A stretch of DNA of 64,000 nucleotides from Macrostomum lignano. Its lineage: Eukaryota. The translations under genes and the position numbers were made by a program. The first letter of the stretch is position 1. Each line of letters starts with the position of its first letter. The notes below the pieces were generated by a model, which worked only from the letters and a program-made list of their open reading frames with translations, was not told where the DNA came from and ran no database searches. This document shows positions 57,922 through 64,000 of this stretch, one piece after another. The DNA lies in contig NIVC01002857.1 of the NCBI GenBank assembly GCA_002269645.1, forward strand, positions 62,001-126,000. Reading direction: 5' to 3'.

Positions 57922-60900
57922 TAATAATATTTTAGTATAAAAAATGTAATTAATAATCCGCCATATCTTCATACAAAATCATAACACTATAGGCCTAGGC
58001 AACTTCCACGAATCTTAGAAATACAAGAGCTCAAAAATAGGTTTCTTTAAGGTCCTACAAAACTTTAGCTGGCAAACCTTGCATGAAAATTTCCTGCAAG
58101 CAAAGTTCGGCAAGCAAATTTCCTGCAAGCAGACTTTGGCAAGCAAATTTCCACAAGCAAAAGTCCCGCAAGCAAACTTCTCGCAAGCAAATTTCATAGA
58201 CCCAGTAGAACAAGTTCACCTGCAATACTTTTTGTTTTGCGGCCATTTTGTCATATGGCCATTTTGTTGTGGCCATTCTGCGTGTGGCCATTTTGATGGC
58301 ACCCTATTTGTAAAGTTCCCCCTACTCCCGAATCTTACATATACGCCGGAAAATTCCGGCGTACAGTAGACCTGAAAATATGCTTGGCGTATAACATCCG
58401 GCGTAACACAACAGCTATGCCAATTGTGCGCCACTGCGCCAGCGTATCAGTGTCTGGCGTAGATGTCTGGCATGGCAGTAGACATATAAAATGACGTCTT
58501 CACGTATTGTATGTTCAATTGACATACAAAAAACGTTTAAAAATGTTTTTACGAACAAATGTTAAAACAGAATACAAAACAAGAAACACTAGGCCTATAC
58601 AACAGTTACTATTTATTTATTTCCAGATTTTTGTGTTTATTAAAGTAAAAAGTAATTTTACTCAAAAAGAAAAGGGACCTAAAATTTGAGTTTCAATTTG
58701 GCGTAACATTGCAATTTTGTTCCGGCGTACATATCATGTACAAAAATTTTTTCTGGCGTAAACTTAAATTTATGGCGTAAGGGGTCATTTTTTCCGGCGT
58801 ACCGTATAACAGATTTGAGAGTGTGGAAAGGTCCCACAGATTCTTTCAAAAACATTTTGATGTTAATATTAATAAACTTCTTTAAATGCAGACAATAAGT
58901 AGAAATCCATTGCTGACCAAAATGCTGAAATGGCTGTAAATTTGGTTAGGTCTGTGACTGAAATTATATGTGGCTCAAAAACTGCCTAATAGAAAAATTA
59001 ATAAATTTTTGAATTAAAAACATGATGAATTAATGTATGAAATGGTTGCTAAATGCCATAAAATTTATTTTAATTCTATACGCTTTTAAGCTTTAAATAT
59101 TTACAATGAATGAGCAATGAGTAGGCCTAAGCATGATATTATTAATTTGCACCGCTATATTCATACATACAAATAGATTTAGGTAAATTCTCTAATGGAT
59201 ACTAACATCAAAGCCTACAGGATGCTAGCATATTATTATATCTTCTTTATGTATTTTATTAGGAAATTATTTTTAAAGTAAGGAAGAGAGAAAGAGCAGG
59301 AAAAAAGAAAAGGAGTAAAACGTGAGTTTTATAGGAATGGAGACTTTAATTTGAAATGTATTGGTCAAAAGTATGTTATCTACGCACAGTAAAACAAAAG
59401 CCTAAATACTTCATAAACAAGTAATAATGAAAAATCCTGCTACTCTTTGCAGAAGTTTTTAGAAGCTAAACAAAGATAGAATTTTAAAAGAAATTATATT
59501 TACTATGTTTTACTTTATACTAGCCGCCCGCGGCCCGTTTGTGACTCTTAATTAGCAGGATTGATCGCCATAATATCTTCTGTCGTTTGACGTTTGTTTT
59601 ATAACTATGGATACAAAGTAATCTTTGATTTAAAAAATGACATATTTCTATTCATAAACAGACTACCTTCAGCGATTAAGCGACAGCACAGGGAGTCGCC
59701 ATGGGTTTTATGGGTGGGGGACAAAGCCAAGAATTCAATTCAACCTGTACATGACTAAATTTACTACAATACCATTATTTTGAAAATCTTGTTGTCAGCG
59801 CTCATTTTACCACCGCAGGCACTCATTTTGGCGCCGCAGGCACTTATTTTGGCGCCCCAGCAGGCATTCCTTTTAGCGCCGCAGGTACATAATTACTCAT
59901 TTTGGCACCGCAGGCACTCATTTTGGCGCCGAAGGCGCTATATTTTGGCGCCCTGAAAAAAAATTATTGATTAACACGAGTCACAAGGTGGGCTGTGGGG
60001 GGCCGAACAAGGCATTGAATTGGCATGCCCTCCCATCAGAGCTTTAACTGGGGAGACATCGGCCCCTGTCCCCCCCCCGTGGCGACGCGCCTGGACCAGA
60101 CAATTCTAAATTTAATCCTCAGATTATACAAGTAGCTCGATCTTACTTCTTACAGAAAGCTGCAGAAATGCACATCCTGATTCTAAGTTGTAGTTGTTTA
60201 CAAATCAGAGTCAAATAATTGAAAGATAGTAAAAAATCATTAAGTACACATGCATCCTGCCCATCAGTCAGGTCTGATCGATTAGTCAAAAGGCCTAAGC
60301 AAATTTTAAAATTATGACACTGACAAATATTAGTTTAAGTTAATTGTATTTAAGTTTTACATGCATTATGTTAACCATATACCTGTAGGCTTTAACAGTT
60401 ATATTCTTGGAATCAAATCAGGATTACATGCATGCATAGATGTGTAAAAAAAGTGGATAAAATTGGCCAATTATTCTAATTCTTATTAGTTAAACGTGCA
60501 CGTTTGTAGGCCAAAGTGGCACAAAGTAGGTCAAATCGAATGGACATAGACTCATAGAGATCTCGGGCAAAAAAACAACCAGACTCCGTGCACAAAACGC
60601 GACGACACAAGCCTACAACATATAATACACGCGATAGTACCTTAGGAGAGTTGTCAGGACAAACAGGATTTTGAGCCTAACAAGGCAATTGTAGGAAAGG
60701 AAATTGTAGATTTCAATTCAATTCAAGGATATGGTGAAAAATGACATATAGCGATTCATTCTATTATTTGTGGATTATAAAAGTGCAAAAATCAAAGTGA
60801 AAAATTATTCCCACTTGCATGAATACAGTGTATAGCATCGTTCGTCACGAAAAAATACCAAAATTATAATTTAAACTAAGTCTGTTTTGCCTTAAAGTAC

Positions 60901-61519
60901 ATGCACACTTTCATTAAAACGAATTATTTTATTTACGAAAATAAACAAATTGCAGGATTTCAAAAAAATCATCAGAATACAAAATTATAAAGCTAGAACT
61001 ATAAAAAAAGATACAAAGTAAGAAACTATGCGGCTATCAAACTCTGGAGGAAAAGCAAATCCATATTTTTAACTTTAATTAGCATTAATAAAATCGAATA
61101 CTTGACATAATTTTCGCGCACCACGAGATCTGCAAGCCAAACACGAGCTATAGTACTATTATGTAGTAAGTACTATATACCTAAACTCTGTAACTACGCA
61201 AATCTCTGAGCGGGAAAGCAGGTGCAAATCAATATATTCGGTGATTTAAACAGTCATTTTTACAATTGGATTTTTTTTAAATCGCATCAACTTTGGCTCG
61301 AATCGAAATAACCTGCTGTTGCCGACTACCGCCGCTTGCAGTCACCGTCTTGGAAAAGATGATTGCCAAAAGTCTGAAAAACATTGGTTTACTTTAAGTA
61401 GTTTGGATTCCTTTTTGCTTTGGTTATTGGTTTTTCTACCACTACCAGACATAGACGGATAAAACGGAAAATGATGGCTATTGGTGCTTTTTTTATGGTG
61501 CTGGCGCCCATTAGCGCCC

Positions 61520-62098
61520 ATTAAGCCCCTGGTGCTAAAGCCCCTGGTGATAAAGCCCCTTGTGCTAAAGCCCCTGGTGCTAAAGCCCCTGGTGCTAAAG
61601 CCCCTGGTGCTAAAGCCCCTGGTGATAAAGCCCCTTGTGCTAAAGCCCCTGGTGCTAAAGCCCCTGGTGCTAAAGCCCCTGGTGCTAAAGCCCCTGGTGC
61701 TAAAGCCCCTGGTGCTAAAGCCCCTGGTGCTAAAGCCCCTGGTGCTAAAGCCCCTGGTGATAAAGCCCCTTGTGCTAAAGCCCCTGGTGCTAAAGCCCCT
61801 GGTGCTAAAGCCCCTGGTGCTAAAGCCCCTTGTGCTAAAGCCCCTGGTGCTAAAGCCCCTGGTGATAAAGCCCCTTGTGCTAAAGCCCCTGGTGCTAAAG
61901 CCCCTGGTGCTAAAGCCCCTTGTGCTAAAGCCCCTGGTGATAAAGCCCCTTGTGCTAAAGCCCCTGGTGATAAAGCCCCTTGTGATAAAGCCCCTTGTGC
62001 TAAAGCCCCTGGTGATAAAGCCCCTTGTGCTAAAGCCCCTGGTGATAAAGCCCCTTGTGATAAAGCCCCTTGTGCTAAAGCCCCTGGTGCTAAAGCCG
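61520..62098. repeat. 15-bp minisatellite (AAGCCCCTGGTGCTA), about 38 copies
   Basis: Exact 15-bp periodicity with three unit variants. Confidence 0.97.
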
Positions 62099-62729
62099 TA
62101 CTTTAAACTACGCTACGCTCATAGAATAAAGGATAATTTTGTTTCTTAGAAATTATTCGAAAAGTTTCTGATGCAGGAGCTTATTTTTTAGTTTGTCACG
62201 GTTTTCTCATTAAATATTAAATTTTCCAAAAACGCTGAACCTTTGATACTATTTCAAAAAACTTTCAGCCCCATTTCTTTTGATCCTTCATACAATTCAC
62301 AGCTTTGAGCTAGCGAATTTCTTAGATTTCTATACGCAGAAAAAACTTAAAGATTATAAATGAAAAAGCAAAAGTCAATGTTTATTACTGGATTAGTAGT
62401 GATGAAAGAGTGTTAGTACGAGTACCATAGTTGTTAGCTCACGAATTAGATTTACGCAGCTGCTCTCATTCGCATGATTAACAAAGTATAGTTGTTTAAG
62501 GATGCTAATTCCTCCAATTCCAACAATTATAGTCGGTTAGCTTCAAGCGCTTAGCACAGGTGAAAGTGAGGTTGACCTTTTCTTGGCTTCGAATTGTACA
62601 TTCCAGTTTTTGAGGACTGGTGAACTAAAATTTGGATGCGTTAAAATATTCGATATAATAAAAAACTGCAATTGTACATTCTAATGTACATGGCGAGAGC
62701 CATACCACAACTCATTCCTACTCCGACTG

Positions 62730-63235
62730 TTAACCCAACCACTTTTTTTTCTAACCCTGGCTGTTAACCCCCACCACCCCTTTCTTTTCTAACCATGGCT
62801 GTAAACCCCCACCACCCCTTTCTTTTCTAACCGTGGCTGTGAACCCCCACCACCCCTTTCTTTTCTAACCCTGGCTGTGAACCCCCACCACCCCTTTCTT
62901 TTCTAACCCTAGCTGTTAACCCCAACCACCCCTTTCTTTTCTAATCCTGGCTGTGACCACTACCCCTTTCTTTTTTAAACCTGTCTGTGACCACTACCCC
63001 TTTCTTTTCTAACCCTGGCTGTTAACCCCCACCACCCCTTTCTTTTCTAACCCTGGCTGTGAACCCCCACCACCCCTTTCTTTTCTAACCCTGGCTGTTA
63101 AACCTCAACGCCCCTTTCTTTTCTAATCCAGGCTGTGACCACTACCCCTTTCTTTTATAACCCTGGTTGTGACCACTACCCCTTTCTTTTCTAACCCTGG
63201 CTGTTAACCCCACCACCCCTTTCTTTCCTAACTCC
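62730..63235. repeat. ~38-bp minisatellite (AACCCTGGCTGTGAACCCCCACCACCCCTTTCTTTTCT)
   Basis: Tandem units next to the exon at 63335-63698. Confidence 0.92.
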
Positions 63236-63334
63236 AGCTACCCCCCCCCCCCCCAACACACCTTGGCTGTTAGACCCCGCCACAACTTATTCTTCATATA
63301 ATCAATGTTTAAATGCACAAAAGTGCTTCTCTAC

Positions 63335-63698
63335 CATCTCTTCATCTGACTCACTTTCCGCCCCGGCACCGCGCACTTCCGGCAAGGAAATATTTCCGGC
63401 GTCCCCTAGTCCTCGAGAATGCAGCAACAGACTACTGTTGCCTTTGCCAGGAATACCCGGACCAAAACCCGCTGTTGCCGCTGTCGCTGTTGCCGCCGCG
63501 GCTGTTGCTGAACTATCAGACGACTGGAATTTCTTTTTCTGTCCGGCATTTGCGTAGCTGTAGCCGTAGATTCCGGTTGAAGCGCCGCCTCCTCCGGAAG
63601 CTCCAACGCCGGTCAACTTCTCCGGCGAGTAAGTGCCCTGCAGGGCGGTGGATTTCTTATAAAAATTGGTCGGCTTCTTCGATTTGGAGTCGTTCGTT
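63335..63698 (-). CDS. Internal exon of an unidentified gene entering from beyond the window end (low-complexity Gly/Ser/Ala/Lys-rich)
   Basis: Strong acceptor TTCTCTCCATTCTTCAG|, open frame TNDSKSKKPTNFYKK...AESESDEEM, candidate donor ATG|GTAGAG; flanked by minisatellites on both sides like other exons here. Confidence 0.55.
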
Positions 63699-63774
63699 CT
63701 GAAGAATGGAGAGAACGGTTTTAATGTGATGGATTTTCATTTTGTTTATTTCATTGGTGTAAATATTCTAGCCT

Positions 63775-64000
63775 AATTGGGTCCACATTCTAGTCTAATC
63801 GGGGTGTATATTCCAGTTTAATTGGGGTCCATATTCTAGTCTAATCGGGGTCCATATTCCAGTTTAATTGGGGTCCATTTTCTAGCCCAATCGGGCTCCA
63901 TATTCCTGTCTAATTGGGGTCCATTTTCTAGCCCAATCGGGCTCCATATTCCAGTCTAATTGGGGTCCATTTTCTAGCCCAATCGGGCTCCATATTCTAG
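63775..64000. repeat. Minisatellite, 23-bp subunits in ~46-bp dimers
   Basis: AATTGGGGTCCATTTTCTAGCCC / AATCGGGCTCCATATTCCAGTCT alternate up to the window end. Confidence 0.9.

Larger units (their letters stand above)
55570..58300 (+). mobile_element. Possible decayed DNA transposon (Merlin/ISXO2-like relic) enclosing other repeats
   Basis: Inverted AAAATGGCC motif clusters near 55580 and 58235-58295; inverted 14-bp arrays at 56495-56770 and 58080-58195; a stop-interrupted frame at ~55800-56110 (ICWLAVYGLL*...CNHC...GYAWVCATC) resembling the Merlin N-terminal zinc ribbon. No TSD found. Confidence 0.35.

Noticed and set aside
58320-58810. Cluster of CCGGCGTA/TGGCGTA motifs with a palindrome at ~58342-58363
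   Set aside because: Probably an old MITE, but I could not define termini or a TSD.
59689-60093. MITE-like element with imperfect CAGG...GTCGCCA termini and internal CATTTTGGCGCC repeats
   Set aside because: The TIRs are degenerate and there is no TSD, so boundaries and class are unsupported.
61481-62149. 222-aa (KPLVL)n ORF as a gene
   Set aside because: It has a non-ATG start, lies entirely within a minisatellite and has no flanking unique coding sequence.

Overview
Eukaryotic (metazoan) genomic DNA that is gene-dense and intron-rich. The large (GACA)n tracts and intron-filling minisatellites suggest a free-living flatworm such as Macrostomum; this is an inference only. Spliced genes reconstructed by hand from GT-AG sites and protein motifs are: a secreted pancreatic-lipase-family enzyme (+, 1203-2668), a secreted NtA/TIMP-like OB-fold protein (+, from 6998), a stomatin/band-7 protein (-, 18254-14901), a small secreted 10-Cys knottin-like peptide (-, 19201-18977), fucose-1-phosphate guanylyltransferase FPGT (-, 25542-21322), an unidentified gene (-, about 33970-32867), Sec24C/D (+, 35891-45175), eIF4B with an unusual (RRRSPSP)n domain (-, 53170-47180) and one orphan exon near 63.5 kb. 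Mobile DNA includes a degenerate non-LTR RT fragment, a TTAA-flanked defective piggyBac element with 0.8-0.96 kb foldback-like inverted arms (2932-6067), and an apparently intact Sola2-like DNA transposon with a 5-exon 685-aa transposase, 16-bp TIRs and a TATT TSD (27275-31243). There is also a related non-autonomous Sola element (57133-57921), tRNA-headed SINEs of two families and small MITEs. Almost every long intron is filled by its own private tandem repeat. No CRISPR array, rRNA or genuine tRNA was found. Exon boundaries and family assignments come from manual reading and remembered motifs, not from database searches.
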